Assembly (NCBI GenBank): GCA_964187785.1
Contig: OZ076409.1
Coordinates: 13,766,001-13,830,000, forward strand
Length of the DNA: 64,000 nucleotides
Origin: Amphiscolops sp. MND2022
Taxonomy: Eukaryota
Direction: 5' to 3'
Shown in pieces: positions 50,901 through 59,755 of the stretch; positions within the stretch are counted from its first letter, which is position 1; every line of letters begins with the position of its first letter. Both the position numbers and the translations under genes were made by a program. The notes under the pieces are model-generated. The model saw only the letters and a list, made by a program, of their open reading frames with translations. It did no database searches and had not been told where the DNA came from.

Positions 50901-51968
50901 AGAGTTGGAACGAAGCACGTGATCAAATGTTGCCGGGCCGGACCGGGCGGGCTTATAGCCGGGCTTTTTCGGCCTTAATTTTTTTCGGGCCGGGTATAAC
51001 AATTCGGAAAATAAATCAAAAATTTATACATTAAACTGGGCTATATAATTTCTGCAATTGATTCCTTTTATTTGCTCAAAGGGGACAAAATTTTAGTCAA
51101 GTTTATCTCATTCGCACAGCTCGTAGAGCCCAGATGTCTCCCAAAAAACTGTCTGATGTTGAATGTTTGAATTTTTTTTGTAAAAAGGGGATTTTTGAAT
51201 TCTCATGATGCTTATACTTGATTATCATTTACAATTTACTTTCGGGTATCAAATTCGTTTTCGGCCGGTTTCGTCGGGAATTGAAAATGTCCAAATATAT
51301 CCTGTCGTGTTAGGATTTTTGAAACGGGCTCGGGCCGGGCTTCAGCTAGAAAATCATGACCTTGGTTTCAACTCCATTTGCAAGTGCTTTTTCAGTACGT
51401 TAAAGAAACGTTTAGGTGGTAAGGTTATATTTTTGGAAAAAGTGTCTCAAAATATCAAAACTGTTTCTTTTGAAATAAATGTGATGAATAAATTGATTCA
51501 TAAGGCTCTGTCGCTGATCTATGCAAAAAGAAAACCCAATAAAGATGTTGAAATTACACAAAAAATATATCTCTTTTTTTGTATGCGATTGTGGAACTAA
51601 GTGCAAATTTAATGAAAGGTAGACCCCCACAGCAGTTTGTAAATACTATGGGGTAACATCATAAGACGATAACAATTGGGCTGAAAAATACCGTGGCACC
51701 TCTTTGTCGTTTAGTTTAAATGCATCATTAGATTTGTTGAACAGTATGGCAATGTCATGAACTTGTATTTCAGCTGTGGCTTTACAACGAAGCGATAGTG
51801 ACGCACGTGGGGCAAGGTCACTCGACAGAGGTCACAAAGGTCAGGATCTCTCCCGACCAGAAGTACATAGTGTCTGTGGGTGCAGACGGCTCCATCCTCA
51901 GATGGAAAATGCCCAACAATCTCGACTCGCTTGTCGACAAACTCAATGCCGCCCAAATCCAGTCTTAG
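14961..51968 (+). CDS. CFAP52: Cilia- and flagella-associated protein 52 (WDR16), 12 exons, 650 aa
   Basis: Exons 14961-15021, 21263-21599, 23695-23816, 24991-25097, 25719-25957, 26764-26934, 27415-27563, 46527-46708, 48206-48324, 49162-49264, 49786-49953, 51774-51968. All introns are GT-AG and phase-consistent, total 1953 nt. Signature peptides match CFAP52 as recalled: ASGQVTHMGFKADVILWD, LRGEGHQF, ELLRIPVTNM, ITGGGEGNVKVW, TASTDGSCILW, CYHPEEFQ, SPDQKYIVSVGADGSILRW. Confidence 0.93.
15930..16392. mobile_element. Foldback/MITE-like element with arms built of about 17-bp units (GCGACAATTCGTCCCA)
   Basis: Five direct units at about 15933-16037 and five inverted units (TGGGACGAATTGTCGC) at about 16286-16389, around an AT-rich spacer. 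Lies in CFAP52 intron 1. Confidence 0.75.
19854..20520. mobile_element. Possible solo LTR (667 bp)
   Basis: Bounded by 9-bp inverted termini TGTAACGTC...GACGTTACA. No convincing target-site duplication. Confidence 0.4.
21855..22420. repeat. Tandem duplication, 2 x about 290 bp
   Basis: The block CAAAATCAAATATCTCAAAAACGGCAGTG...CCCAAATTAAA is repeated at offset 290, and ORFs 21934 and 22224 share their C-termini. Confidence 0.9.
23880..24512. mobile_element. tRNA-related interspersed repeat (starting AACAAGACGCC.GCTAAG) with a nested MITE; other copies at about 27595-27890 and 60930-61410
   Basis: Shared start, minus-strand A-box and B-box-like motifs (TGGCGCAGTTAG, GGTTCGAACC), and a shared tail GTGGAG.TTTGGCAGAATT.GG.AAAAAACGCAAC. 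Confidence 0.6.
24034..24443. mobile_element. Tc1/mariner-pogo-type MITE
   Basis: Inverted termini GTATATTCCGGCGTATAAGCCCC / GGGGCTTATACGCCGCAATATAC, with internal TATAAGCCCC subterminal repeats. Confidence 0.7.
28556..32233 (+). repeat. 5' LTR (3678 bp)
   Basis: TGTGAGATTT...AATTCTACA, near-identical to 42687-46365 (offset 14131, then 14132 after a 1-nt indel). Confidence 0.98.
28721..29704 (-). CDS. JmjC-domain Fe(II)/2-oxoglutarate dioxygenase encoded antisense within the 5' LTR (first ATG 29704, 327 aa; frame open from 29728)
   Basis: SPAHVEVGGGAAYSYLHTGIKLW ... LQRPGDLIYIPPLRTHLVLT matches the JmjC pattern HxD/E..GG..G.K.W ... QxPG(D/E)xxxIPxxxxHxV. In 333-aa ORF numbering the residues are H161, E163, K178 and H237. 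Minus-strand AATAAA sites lie downstream at 28632-28627 and 28609-28604. Confidence 0.85.
   Translation of the reverse strand: MTRKSRDCQYSSDFNTRSVDAVEQMDVLFSLRDCPDFNIIHSGWRRFPVLTHVNFASISPTEPCILSDVNIESRGVLKELTELPSLTWQHFENLPGRPLTGITYGPDNAATRHFPSSIQADMDFKDCLTASCFSDQQVTSSLALLIHGSWLSPAHVEVGGGAAYSYLHTGIKLWCAATTNTSSRLLERCYNDVASFINLVQRGPRSREATFFTFHLQRPGDLIYIPPLRTHLVLTMNNVKPTVLSGWDAVYTRDHSIIKRTLDEYVIGVRRTTWRNILREQGREELSRWVYSAAAGPQETKEYLQKHWSYWERNCPQLISTLSLDDE
32235..32252 (+). other. Primer-binding site, probably tRNA-Asn(GUU)
   Basis: TGGCGCTCCTGGGTGGGC lies 1 nt after the LTR end. It is complementary to ...GCCCACCCAGGAGCG-CCA, which resembles animal tRNA-Asn 3' ends as recalled. Confidence 0.8.
32409..33731 (+). 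CDS. gag: Gag (capsid-like region plus CCHC zinc knuckle), 440 aa from the first ATG
   Basis: PEKFPGKDFNRW..W...VKANGW, Q..SE.LKEYARR..L, LRDQFLEGL and CFSCKEIGHFARDC (CX2CX4HX4C). Confidence 0.93.
   Translation: MSEEETHDLDSPPDSSKPAEGDGSGGSKPLSSKSAFTYSWDKYTNEKERKETAKRKLMDLMLEMEHVKLEAGYDSDESLSCYPGSSGKTKAVYQKSPIKPEKFPGKDFNRWELWVKHYKSVVKANGWNDRQAIAALPACLTSWAVEEFETVPRRFVEKLPGQTAPRLEWLLEELKPKMQQYRSKRATRSEFKAIRQLESENLKEYARRVRQLGELAFSEKTLAERDPDLRDQFLEGLFDSRIQQKLYEDETERNFCEILQRAQELELIQKNSENKRPLRADKIRYCQEDCDQLDVVRAGYPNSNNPVIEEKFAALQTSMTNVASRLDRLDSNICKQTDLFVKQIQDLPTSISTAIVGALGSAQSRGGVQSQQWQSQPLLSQLTPNSSASQVRTGSGHVTITNPPPSVAECFSCKEIGHFARDCPQRAKQDHLNWKRPGAQ
33701..33755 (+). promoter_or_regulatory. Programmed -1 ribosomal frameshift signal (U UUA AAC plus downstream stem or pseudoknot)
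   Basis: The heptamer TTTAAAC at 33701-33707 is in the correct gag phase. The -1 frame opens after TAA at 33689-33691 and is stop-free into pol. A stem CGGC-CGGGTG / CACCCG-T-GCTG begins 6 nt downstream. Confidence 0.85.
33701..38551 (+). CDS. pol: Pol: aspartic protease, RT, RNase H, macrodomain insert, integrase (expressed as Gag-Pol by -1 frameshift)
   Basis: Protease AIVDTGAS. RT LDLASGYWQ, MPFGLTNAP and FLDD. RNase H DTDAS..ALGAVL, REALG, TDH and ADGLSR. Integrase H..GGH..CLRC, ADILGP, TDQG, ERFN and a GPY module. Confidence 0.97.
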   Translation, partial: FKLETAGCAVAGSTRAGDPNPLRSATILNKGSTPYHARSRSRSAENRYGIKNRSRYVNPKTWEEMCQESGPGGFYTNIEPPNVNSPLVEPSETGFNSLEPGSVKILPKGDPEELEKFNGVKNACAKSNEKEAPHAIAAGKFVKGSGLLVPYQVEDQCCWAIVDTGASNSLISSTLATKLGNEIVPNQSSLIGPVGNVMSTRGLMKAMVKIGDLVAEDEFVVVDGLYPEVLMGLKFMIESKIYPNVVSQELVIKKPDRSTVVVPMQLGGRHVPSPGNEAYVFDTIPAPDHVSVATELNDELERDVDEILNLATSDLESAEIKEELRTLIREYRDVFSLPKDPLGTAVGIEHKIDIENSPPIKIPPYKIAPHKLDAIRAEINEMIEKKVIVPSKSPYSSPIVMVPKKDGSNRMCIDYRKLNEVTVKDAYPLPRIGQTIDALQGAGVFSSLDLASGYWQIPVAPEDRHKTAFCTPDGGLYECLKMPFGLTNAPPTFQRYMNDVFKEFLYQFVLIFLDDVLTYSKTPEEHLAHLRKVFQVLRMAGLKLKPKKCNLFQNEVHYLGHVINQKGIQPDPKKLEAIRTWERPKNVTQVRSFTAFCNYYRKFVKNFAEVARPLYLLTSKGTKFTWNDEHEEAFCTLKERLLAGPILAFPNFSLPFVIDTDASETALGAVLSQVVDGTEYPIAFESRVLTKTEVNYATTKREALGVVQAVQWFRPYIYGTKCIIRTDHASLQWLFRQNADGMTFRMIQKLQEYDYKIVHRAGQHHCNADGLSRRPNDVPEWMPGEEEDLRGPIPEFENFDTALLDAEQDVKSARSKKNDANEDDEFVNRHVRLHIHRPPREVVRYKTGEFINAGDALVLCASAEMRVLNLPMITFVCRYSHLRPLPESLNQVGGFLVYRDEEKARYIYVLITRKNEHNVATYDDLKKCLRRMWSHANIHGVSAFAMPRIGCIDDRLEWINVAICLETVFQGMYCTVTVYTPEQDLPLYPNVEPRTSTSRSRDPDTCCATAMPEEMLSTGQVGRRISWTKSDSDLANKQRLDPAMGILFRAMKDAELSLSDSMANLGLNPISKETALSWNCPEALELWSNWESLALENNVLYRRWRPNNRTHEVWQAVVPKEMRKEILYQLHDSPLSGGHFAVEKTLARIKQRFWWPALRSSVEMHVASCLRCAARSTAGKPRRAELHPFEVQAPFKVMAADILGPVTLAKRSLSKYILVMSDLYTKYVVAVPLKDMTATTVATAIVEEWITKFGAPDVVHTDQGTNFNSEMMHDVCKIFMIDKTRTSPYHPQGNGQVERFNRVIADTISKYCAERPQEWDLYLPHVVFVYNTTVHRTTGTTPFSMLFGKEAQYPIDLYYPKPPGDPRLELSEPAAELNEKLYEVHEHAQMTMGKEQRRQKDYYHRKVHGEPFEPGDLVWLLEPHKAKSRKFYLPWQGPYEVLSRTSEVNYRICKKSAPEKWQKVHFNRLKPFVGDTPPRRSERRKKLVVSNYEELPNISEETESEIDGLPFNVFNPTTAESQAARNKPHVTFDDVPKVAEKASDEECPEPNPLYVDIPEGSVADQTHVYEEISEGGDPSPRIEEVEASESSSEPCRSRQRKPPVRFGIDDYTSRRK
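36221..36640 (+). other. TARG1/OARD1-like macrodomain embedded in Pol
   Basis: RYIYVLITRK..ATYDDLKKCL..M..H...GV...AMPRIGCIDDRLEW..V...E.VF....VTVYT aligns by eye with OARD1 (RYIYYLITKK..PTYENLQKSL..M..H...GV...SMPRIGCGLDRLQW..V...EEVF....ITVYT). Confidence 0.88.
38915..41179 (+). CDS. env: Env-like class I membrane fusion glycoprotein, 754 aa
   Basis: N-terminal signal peptide, RLSR furin-type site followed by a hydrophobic fusion-peptide-like SVVGAIAGSMLG, heptad/coiled-coil stretches, N-glycosylation sequons, a Cys-rich region, a C-terminal TM helix VILPCIVTLLMLILIAVVGW and a cytoplasmic tail. Confidence 0.88.
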   Translation: MKTVLFLVLYLIFGIFGQNSFDPYDFQRKLGRPGIVNGTHSISGAAFTPEPPVVLVKAVKTLWTFLPFPQVPHLDPEPLNRILENALNRLTDLDLRMFSRECADPHLFKYWKRFLQDNLAEIFQSHRMFQHDWLAMKKSLTVFLNHTVDDVPTGKPDRLSRSVVGAIAGSMLGSELSRIFLRPLFQPWSDSVSCFVDKLIPFGSTCKETDRRKIEELARKVEYLEETVLYLKTELLEALTVQMPVDVSTRELVALKQTVDENVQMLNGTINSVVDEIYDYVEKAECVARLTQDRHRNTLIMAAAFQNLTTQYRRIVNDINQRRISLANMASILQDAMSSLVHGYLPISLIPPSTLVKILDSFDVNGLNEAIPRKLIAAYYSFEVVRDAYISNEGLHLLLEIPMYTGHGVHEVYRATPIPQPIPNTERATQYQLSKTHLLMSWDKTNFAEVSEQELSTHCWGSHRLRLCKQPFSTTKSQKTSCLTGLFFNLPATVLKLCAQEVVALPQHPQAVYLYDSTYLLTSAKGDFTIQNMTARAEIRVPGCQSCLVRPSCNGRLQLPNAGLFLTPDPISCMETDSSEIVRILPTPLLRPLFDNLKSLEEVIPPSLMGDVHQELLSHLKLNLAGLPDRAVTEEMLDAIAQPFLVEVEKVYSTVIRKIWKDVILPCIVTLLMLILIAVVGWTVKWGKMYAVRRWMTAVLRGGEVQRDTAAAVDDVHEESRETTPVPTQQQPATSSVHEAKTGPLKESRKMPGK
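41640..42443 (+). CDS. ORF4, 267-aa accessory protein of unknown function
   Basis: ATG-initiated intact GC-rich ORF between env and the PPT. Pro/Gln-rich N-terminus, Trp-rich core, Thr-rich and acidic tail ending in PPKKRAMK. An AATAAA follows at about 42569. Confidence 0.7.
   Translation: MQPIRPTPLRTNRPIATSQTQVSQMYNQPPPEVQQAYLPAETGVLPLIVRAGTPIATYRLNKIETPQANGDQIYFHVEKFCTMDALWYPQWLTLSLYCQLTRDLLLAVVQAALERPERAHFMATFARILALPDQGPQAAGNPLSTRFHWRGPMHETMWQWLQQGESPWDVPFQVYPQPPARPRVDMRFYSRAMLPFVTETPATTTAATSTGTTTTPTTTGSSTEVVIADQMEEADSGNVSDAGSAATHVTFLPPKKRAMKTQPPTSS
42674..42686 (+). other. Polypurine tract
   Basis: AAGTGGGGGGGAA immediately before the TG of the 3' LTR. Confidence 0.9.
42687..46365 (+). 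repeat. 3' LTR (3679 bp)
   Basis: Copy of the 5' LTR, followed by the TSD TACTC. Confidence 0.98.
42852..43835 (-). CDS. JmjC-domain dioxygenase, second copy in the 3' LTR
   Basis: Identical to the 5' copy except N244K and one synonymous change. Confidence 0.85.
   Translation of the reverse strand: MTRKSRDCQYSSDFNTRSVDAVEQMDVLFSLRDCPDFNIIHSGWRRFPVLTHVNFASISPTEPCILSDVNIESRGVLKELTELPSLTWQHFENLPGRPLTGITYGPDNAATRHFPSSIQADMDFKDCLTASCFSDQQVTSSLALLIHGSWLSPAHVEVGGGAAYSYLHTGIKLWCAATTNTSSRLLERCYNDVASFINLVQRGPRSREATFFTFHLQRPGDLIYIPPLRTHLVLTMNKVKPTVLSGWDAVYTRDHSIIKRTLDEYVIGVRRTTWRNILREQGREELSRWVYSAAAGPQETKEYLQKHWSYWERNCPQLISTLSLDDE
47555..47880. repeat. MITE-like repeat with CAACTCGTCGAA / TTCGACGAGTT subterminal units; related copy at about 21622-21830
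   Basis: Inverted arrays of ACTCGTCGAA units and a shared internal ATAACACAGTAC.ATCACAAA block. Confidence 0.6.
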
Positions 51969-54900
51969 AAACAATTGATAGCCGCCACAATTGTCGTCAA
52001 CAGTTGAATTGAACTGTCACTTTACCGTACTCATTGATTCATAAATGCCACCGCCTTGTTAATAATAATCCATAAAATGAACAAATTTATGTTATGTAAA
52101 CCGAAAACTGTCATTTTCATACATCTTTTTTCAGTCGAACACGGAAGTTTGTAGACGATAGAAAATGAACTCTTTGGGATGAAACCTTTGTTTAACCATA
52201 AATAACCTGCAAAATCGAACAATTTTGCAAAAAAAAGTTTTGGTTAGCCGATTGCTGACATGGTATACGTAAGTCGGGGTACCAATTCTTTAGATTGAAT
52301 TGAAACTCTTCATAATATCTAAGTTTTCATTTTTCTCAGTAGTACAGTAGGCTCTTTTCTGTCTCCTCCATTTTGAAAGTTTTCTTGCTGTCAATGTTTC
52401 ATGAATTTTTTCTGGTACCTCAAATAATTTTCATGCGAACTAAAACTTCCTTCAGAACAATAAGTATTTCAAACATTTTGACAGGAGAGTTTTATCAGTT
52501 TGCACATGAATCTAATAAAAAAACCGAATGAAATTTCGAAAATTGCAGTTGGGTGTAGAGAATTGCATCTCGGTATCTAGCACTGCCTAATTGCCCTTGA
52601 GTGTCCTGTAATGCATTGGTGTCAAACTCATTTCTCTGTATACTGTTGCAACATAAAAATTACAATGGAGGACGTTTCATTGAAGGATTTAATAACAGTT
52701 AATATCACAAAAACACGATATTTTGAATTTTTTCCCGAAACATTTTTCCCTTAAAAAACACGGCAATGCCGATATTACCAAAAATGTAACCCTATAGGCT
52801 CAAAAAACGTGCTTTAAAACTTGAAAAGCCAAACAAACCGAAGTAGCGAACCTCTAGTTAAAAGAAAACTCATGAAAAGTCATTTACTGAGAAAATTTTC
52901 ATCCTACAGTATCAGCAAATAACCAATGAGCTCACACTTAGTACTCGGAAAACGGTTTTGCTCAGCAGAAAAATCCTTCCAAAACTTTTAAAAATTTTTA
53001 AAAAGGTATGAAAACAAAATTTTAAAATTTTTTCAAAAATTATTGGGTCGCACGGCCTTGCATTTAATCACCGCTTTGACTTATAGTGCAGTACTAATAA
53101 TCAACCAGGATGGACAGGCGTATCGTTGCGGCCGTACCGGTCCAAATACACAATAAGTTATTGATGCTTTAATAATCCATGAAAGCGAGAACTATTGAAG
53201 CCATTTTACTTACATGTAAATAAAACCTCACGTATTGATGTCCTGATTGGTCGTATTATGAAATACAACTTGTTCAAATATTTTAGACCTCTGTTTGTAC
53301 ACCTCGAAAAGCCCAACAAGGCGATTGGCCAGACGGGTCAGATGGTGCATTGTATAACAACATGTAAAATCGATGCTGTTCATTTGCTTCATGATATTAG
53401 CCGTATTTGGCCGCGCGTCACTCCCCCTCCTTTGTGCTAATCGCGACAGGCTTTGATCGTGCCGCCCAAAAAAAAACAAAAGTGACGTTATTATCTATGT
53501 TTAGAGATATGAAATGTAGCTATTTTTAGATCTGATATATTTTTAGCAACGGTATTTTAATTCCAAGTATCATGGCCACATGGGTATATATACCCAAGTC
53601 GGGCTTTTAAAAGACAAAATTTTCTTGATCTACGATATTAGATGTTAATTTGTTGAAAGTTCACTGTACACCGGAGTTGAAAAACAACATTACAGGATCA
53701 ATTTAAATACTTCCTCCTGTACGAACAATCATGGTTTCAACCAGAAAACAAAAAGCGAATGCTAGAAAATCTAGAGAAATTGAAGTAGTTTTCGAACACG
53801 GTAACATGATGGTCATGTTAGGTGAGGGAAAGTCAAACTGACTAGAAAAAGTGTTAGACAATGTCTTAAATGGACCTGAAGGTCAACAAAACTCTGAGAA
53901 TGTACCAAAAAGATGGTGTCTTATCTCAAGAGAACGAAATCAGGAGTATATACACTGGAAATGATGTAGCAGGTCGTGATAGACTAATAGGATCTATTGA
54001 GATTTTATCAGGCGGAATAAATGCTAGATTGTCTCAATTAATAGACTCCTTATTTGACACGATGCAAACGCAGAATAATAGGGCAATTAGTTCAACTGTA
54101 AATGGAAGGGTATTGCCAGAAATACCGAATATAATATAAAGTTTGCCTTTGAACCGAAACGGCAGAGGGACCGGTACGTCCTCAAATGGGTTTGGTAACG
54201 GTAACGCGTGGAAGAAAATAAATCCCAAAACAACAAAAAAGGACTCACAGTCCGCATGTGGTCCGAGGGAAAACGTGGACTTTACTCCTTACACTTACAG
54301 CAAAGCAAAGCAGCTTCCCTCTCAACTTCCTCTCTCAAGGAAAGATCAGTCGTATATTTTACGTTTCCATGCGACCCGGAAATCGAATGAAAAATCAAAC
54401 CTACTGGAAAAATATAGTTGATACCACGCAAGCTCAAAAACATACCAGGATGGACGTGATAAGAAAATCGTACACAAATTGAAATGATGTCAAAACTTCC
54501 TTAGAACATTCAAAAAAGCAAACTATTTCTTCCACGCCTCCATTCAATGTTAAATCATATTTTTTCCGAAACAAGGCTCTTGGACACCACGCTATCTTGA
54601 TGAATAGCGTACAGAAACCCGACGAGTTAAGCTACTGCTTTAACCATTAGCCTATCGCGCCCTGCAGTAGTCATAGGTCAAACAACATTTGCTTTTATCA
54701 TTTTGTTCAATTTCATCGATGGAAAAATCGGTGGAAAATTTTCAAAGATTTAACTAATTGACATTTGAGGATGATTGACTAATCAATCATGCGTCAGTTT
54801 TCATTGAGGACATCGAATGAGTTATATTAATGTGTTTGACATAAGATCGTAGCATTGTTTTTGGGTCCTACCTGAAAATGTTTTGTCGGTTATCTACTTA

Positions 54901-55496
54901 TCTTCAAAATTCTAGTTGACTGTTAAAAATTTTCCGCCCAAATTTCCATATAAGAGAGGAAAACTACTAACTGAGGCAGGTTTGTTTTTTTGCCCAAAGT
55001 TTGCCATGTTTTCATTTTGTACACAAATCGAAGGGGCTCACCCATAAAGGTTCTTAGCCGAAACGAGCAGCAAACTGAAACGCTTTTTTGAAGCGAAATC
55101 CAAAATGTTTTGGTCAAAAAATTCTCAAATTGCTCACAAAAACAAAATGCCAAAATTTTCAATTTTTGACCTTTCTGAGGCAATTACCACTCGGAGGCCG
55201 GGATATGCACTACTTATCTAAGGACGGGAGCGGTCACAGGTCTTATCATTTTAGTCACTTTTCAAAGAATTACTTGTTATTAAAAGTTTTTCTAACAAAT
55301 TGAAAACCTAAATTAGTTTTCAATTTACCAATTTGCTGTAAAACAATCATCACAAACTTTTATTGAGCTTTTCTCGTTTGAGTGAGAGCAAGATCCCTAG
55401 TTGGCTTTTTGCAGTTTTTGGAAAAGAAAATGTTTTATTCCTGCAAAGACTCGTTGCACATCCTTTCCTTTTTTCCAATTGTGGCAAACAGCATAC

Positions 55497-56340
55497 TGTT
55501 ACGACTATTTATCGGTGTTGTTTTAGAGTTAGTCGTATTATGAGTTTTGACGGGGGTGGACGTCCTTGCTACGGAGACGTTCTCTGTTTCAGAGTCAGAG
55601 TCTTGGGCATTAGCGAGATTATTTTGTTTCTTGTTTAAAGGTGCTATCAGTTTAAGCATTTCCTTTTGATTTTCCGCAAGTATCTTAGCCAGATCAGACA
55701 TAATCTCCTTTCTTAGCGATGTTTTTATTTCAGTCAAACTTTCTGGTTCTACCCTAGGAATCTTGCTAGAACTAGCTACAAGGGTGTCAGGCGGAAAGTT
55801 TTCAGTTACAGAGGTTTCGAAATCACCAGAGACCAGCTCTGCTACAGCTTTCCTTTTCTGGCTTCTAGTTGTCATTTTGATCAAGAGAGAGAGAGAGAGG
55901 TTATCTTTGGGAAAGGTTGAATTCTTCAAAGATTTGTTTTCTTTTGAAAACGTTATGATAACGGAACAGAACTGGTTGTTACAAAACAAGTCAAAAACTA
56001 ACTAACTTACATGTATGTATTACATATTTATACCTTCCCAGCATCATTTGTTCCTCACCTAAAAATTCCTAGGTATCATAAAAATGGGGTTTGTTCAACA
56101 AAAAGCGCTAATGATTCATATTATTTCAGTCCCGCGTCATAAAATCAGGCATCAAAATTCCTAGTTGCGTCAGCGTTCCGAAAAATTTTGTTGAAATCAT
56201 TTTTGTTCAGGCCGTTCATTTCCTGTTTGTGCTTCAAAATTGCTGCAAAATAGAAGTCTAGTTGACATTTTCATCAGCGTAGGCACGCCGGCGTGATCAA
56301 TTAGTCAGCAATCAAGTTGAGAAGATTGAAGTTCGAAGCA
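55497..56340 (-). mobile_element. Solo or remnant LTR carrying a gag-like ORF start (ATG 55875, MTTRSQKRK); far boundary unresolved
   Basis: Ends ..AATAGTCGTAACA on the minus strand at 55497. Shares a TATA block and the blocks GCATCATTTGTTCCTCACCTAAAAATTCCTAGG and GCACGCCGGCGTGATCAAT with 62700-63490. Confidence 0.7.
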
Positions 56341-57765
56341 AAAGAATGACACTCGAAAATGGCGTCGAAATCGAGACGGAATGAGTCAACTTGGAAGTGG
56401 AAGGAAAATATGGAAATTTGGTATAAAGAAACAAACGATGCTGAAACAATAATCCCAAATTCAAGCATATGAATTACCTGCTAATGGCATCCTACATTAT
56501 TTATACTGAACACAAATTAAGTCCAAACGGGACTTTAACGGGATACAACAACGATTATACTGCTGATTAGATGAGCGTAACATGTTCGTAATATCAAGCG
56601 GAAAGCAACTTCAACATTTTACATAATAACCACGAAATTCATCAAAACATAATCAAAGTTTGGTCATTAGCCTGATTATTGCTATCATAAAATACAACTG
56701 TTATTATTGACTTGAAAAGGAATTAGCGTTGACCTTACGTCTTACATTAGGATTACCATCAAGATATTTCAAGTGCTATAGCAAATCAAGTAGTTTTGTT
56801 CTATTAAGGAAGTACTTAAGCAAAGCATAATGTCAACGCGATTAAGTGATTTACCATGACGATACAAATCCAGAACATAAAAATACCATTGCAATTTCTA
56901 TCATCCTTCCTTACAGCACAGTTTTCCTTATATGAGAATCATAACTCTTAAGTCTTTCAAATGCATCGATTTAAAAGGCATTCGTTTGGATTTCGTTTGA
57001 AGCAGTGTTTCCCATTTGCGTTTTTACAATTCGCTCCGTAGATATTACGTATTAGGATTATCTATAGCTGAACAACGGAATACAATTTTACAATCCGTTC
57101 CGTAAGTGCTCCGTACGTATTAAGGTTGCTTATAGCTGAGCAGCAGTAGCAAACGGAGTGAAAACGGAAATCGTAGGCGATTTCATTCTCTTTCTTAGCT
57201 AGTAAGCGTTGCTAGGGGCAACCACGCTTAATTCTACTGGTATCGGCTCGGATAATTCCGCCAGAAAGCGACGCTATTGGTCCGTAAAAATAGAAACGTC
57301 CGTCACTTGTCTAGTTGAGTGACGCTGTCATAACGTTGTAAACATTTACTTAAAATCACTTGACTGCGGTTTTAAGTGGATATTTAACAACTGTTTTAAT
57401 ATTGGAATACATTTCCACTCTATTTTTGTATGTTCTCACATTTTAGATCTTATGGACTCCGTTGGGGTCTCGGAGTTAAATGTCGTTTCTGTGTTTTTAT
57501 TTTAGTGTGGAGTTTCAAAAATGATCCCGTTTGCAAAATTATTTAGTATTTAGATTGGAATGGAGAACTCAGAAGATAAAACCGGAAATAAAACGGTGTT
57601 GCGTGTGAAAACATTAGACCGGAAGTTTTAGCTAGCTTAAAATCATTTTTGAAGATCTTCCGTAACGTTTACGTTGAATTCCGTATTTGGAAAATTATTC
57701 GCGCTTTTTTAACTGTACTGTAAGTAGGATTTTGATTTGATTAGTTTAACAAAGTGTAAAGGTAT

Positions 57766-59755
57766 TTACTCTGCCCTTGTCCATGTCCTCTGCCAAATCC
57801 CGGTATTCCGGAGCAGCAAGTAAAATTTCGACCGGGAGCGGGTCGTGACACATACTTCTTCAACTGGGGAAACTATATCGGAAAGTTGGCTACTGGTCGG
57901 CGTCTCTGGGCCCAGGGTATCAAAAATGGGCCCAACAGCTGCAAGTTTTTCAGCCAGCTTTATGATGAAATCTCTTCTCAAAATTGCATTTCCAATAACT
58001 TTTTTGTATATAATCCATAAATTAACAGCACTGACATCCAGAATGTTGCAAAATACTGCAACAGGCCATATTCGCAAAGGCCGTTTTGTGGAATACTTTT
58101 TGAGCATCATGTCTACACAGTCAACTCCCACTTTATGGGTGGTTAAAAAAAACAACGTCAGGTTTCTGCTTGTGAGATGCATCGGTTGTAGTAAACTTAT
58201 GCATTGTAGATTAAAAATTGACTTTTTTGTTTCTTTTGCATTGGCAAGACACCAGTAGTGCATTGTTTTCACTGAGAAAAAATCTTGAGAAGTATAGATC
58301 TTGTGATTTGTTTGTAAATTCATCGGACAGCTCTCTCCGATTATAGCGAATTGTTCCACAGATTGTAGTTCGCTTTTCTCTTTTCAGAGACGTGAAAAAA
58401 TTGCCTGTGGTGACGTTGTAACCTTTACCAAACAAAGGTTCCATGAAGTCTTCACTACAGGCTCCCCAAGCTGGCATTTTCTGGATTCTGCTTCTTGTTG
58501 GCCCAAATATGGAATAATATCAATAATATATTTGGGCTCTACTTCCACTAGTGCCCAGAATTTAATTCCGTTCTTGTCTGGTTTGTTGGGCATAAAAACA
58601 ACCAGAGATGATCGTCCGCTTGACGGTAGCAATTGCTCGTCTAATGTCAATGAAACATCTGTGTTATAAACTTTTTTTTATGTTTTGTCGGAACAACTCA
58701 AAGATCTCCCGAATATGTGTGAACTTGTCGATGCTTATTCCTTCACTCCTTGTACGTTTGTCGTCGAATCGTAGATACTTCAGTATTGTTTTGAATCTAT
58801 CTCGTGAAATTACGCGTTTTATAAAATTTCTGCTCCAAAAAGAATTGACGTGTAGGTTTTTGGTGAGAAGCCCGCGTATATACACCAACGCAATAAAAAT
58901 TTCAAGTTCTGATGCGGATAAATGAAACTCTGTATCGACTGTCGAAGCAGCATAGTCATTGAAAATTTTACAAATTTGTCTAAGCATTTTCTCGTCAAAA
59001 ACACTGCGCCAAGAATCAAGAACTGTGCTTAGTCGTGCCTGGACGAAACCTTTCACCCCTGGAGCACCTCTGAATATGTTTTCTGAACAAACACGTCCAG
59101 GCAGCGTTGTAAATATTTCATATCAATGGGTGCCGTCACCTCCTGAAGCATGTTTTAGGTCGAAATACCATTTTTTCTCGAAAATTGTTTTTCAAAATTT
59201 TAATATGAACATTTACCAGTATATGTGTTAGAACTGGATGGTGTGGTGTCTGTTCTCGCCAGAGGACCGACAATGTCGTCTTCTTCGTCGGACGAATCTG
59301 AACTGGAGCTGTGAATAGTTTCGTTTTCGGCACCAGCGAAATCATCATCTGAGTCAAGTCCGACATCAGAACCAACATCAGCAAAAACAGTAGCCATTAC
59401 ACCACTAGAAGCTGTCCGTCGAGGTCTAGCAATCATTTTAGTTTGTCAAAGCGTCGGAGAAGCAAACTGATCTGGAAACAACAGAATTTGAATTTCTCAA
59501 CTCTATTTTTTGAAGCTTGAACAAGAATTAGCGTTTTGCAAGCGCGGTCACCTATGACCGGTTAGATCTTTGAGATGAATTTTGAAAATCAACTGCTTGT
59601 AAAATAACCAAATAAAATTATTTACATTCCTATCTGAAGCTCAACTAAAACAAATAAATGTCACAGATATTCAGATCTCACAAGTGCTTGAATGCAAAAA
59701 TTTGATTGGTTCAATTTTAGAACTGGTCACATATGACCGGTCCGTCCTTCGACTG
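57766..59755 (-). mobile_element. Decayed piggyBac-superfamily transposon
   Basis: Frameshifted transposase with an acidic N-terminus, SRDRF..I.KYLRFDD, TLDEQL...GR.....MPNKPDK.GIKFW, VTTGNFFTS (DNFFTS with D mutated), GTIRYNR and GVDCVD. Subterminal GGTCA..T.TGACCGG repeats at about 59546 and 59724. TTAA ends not found. Confidence 0.88.
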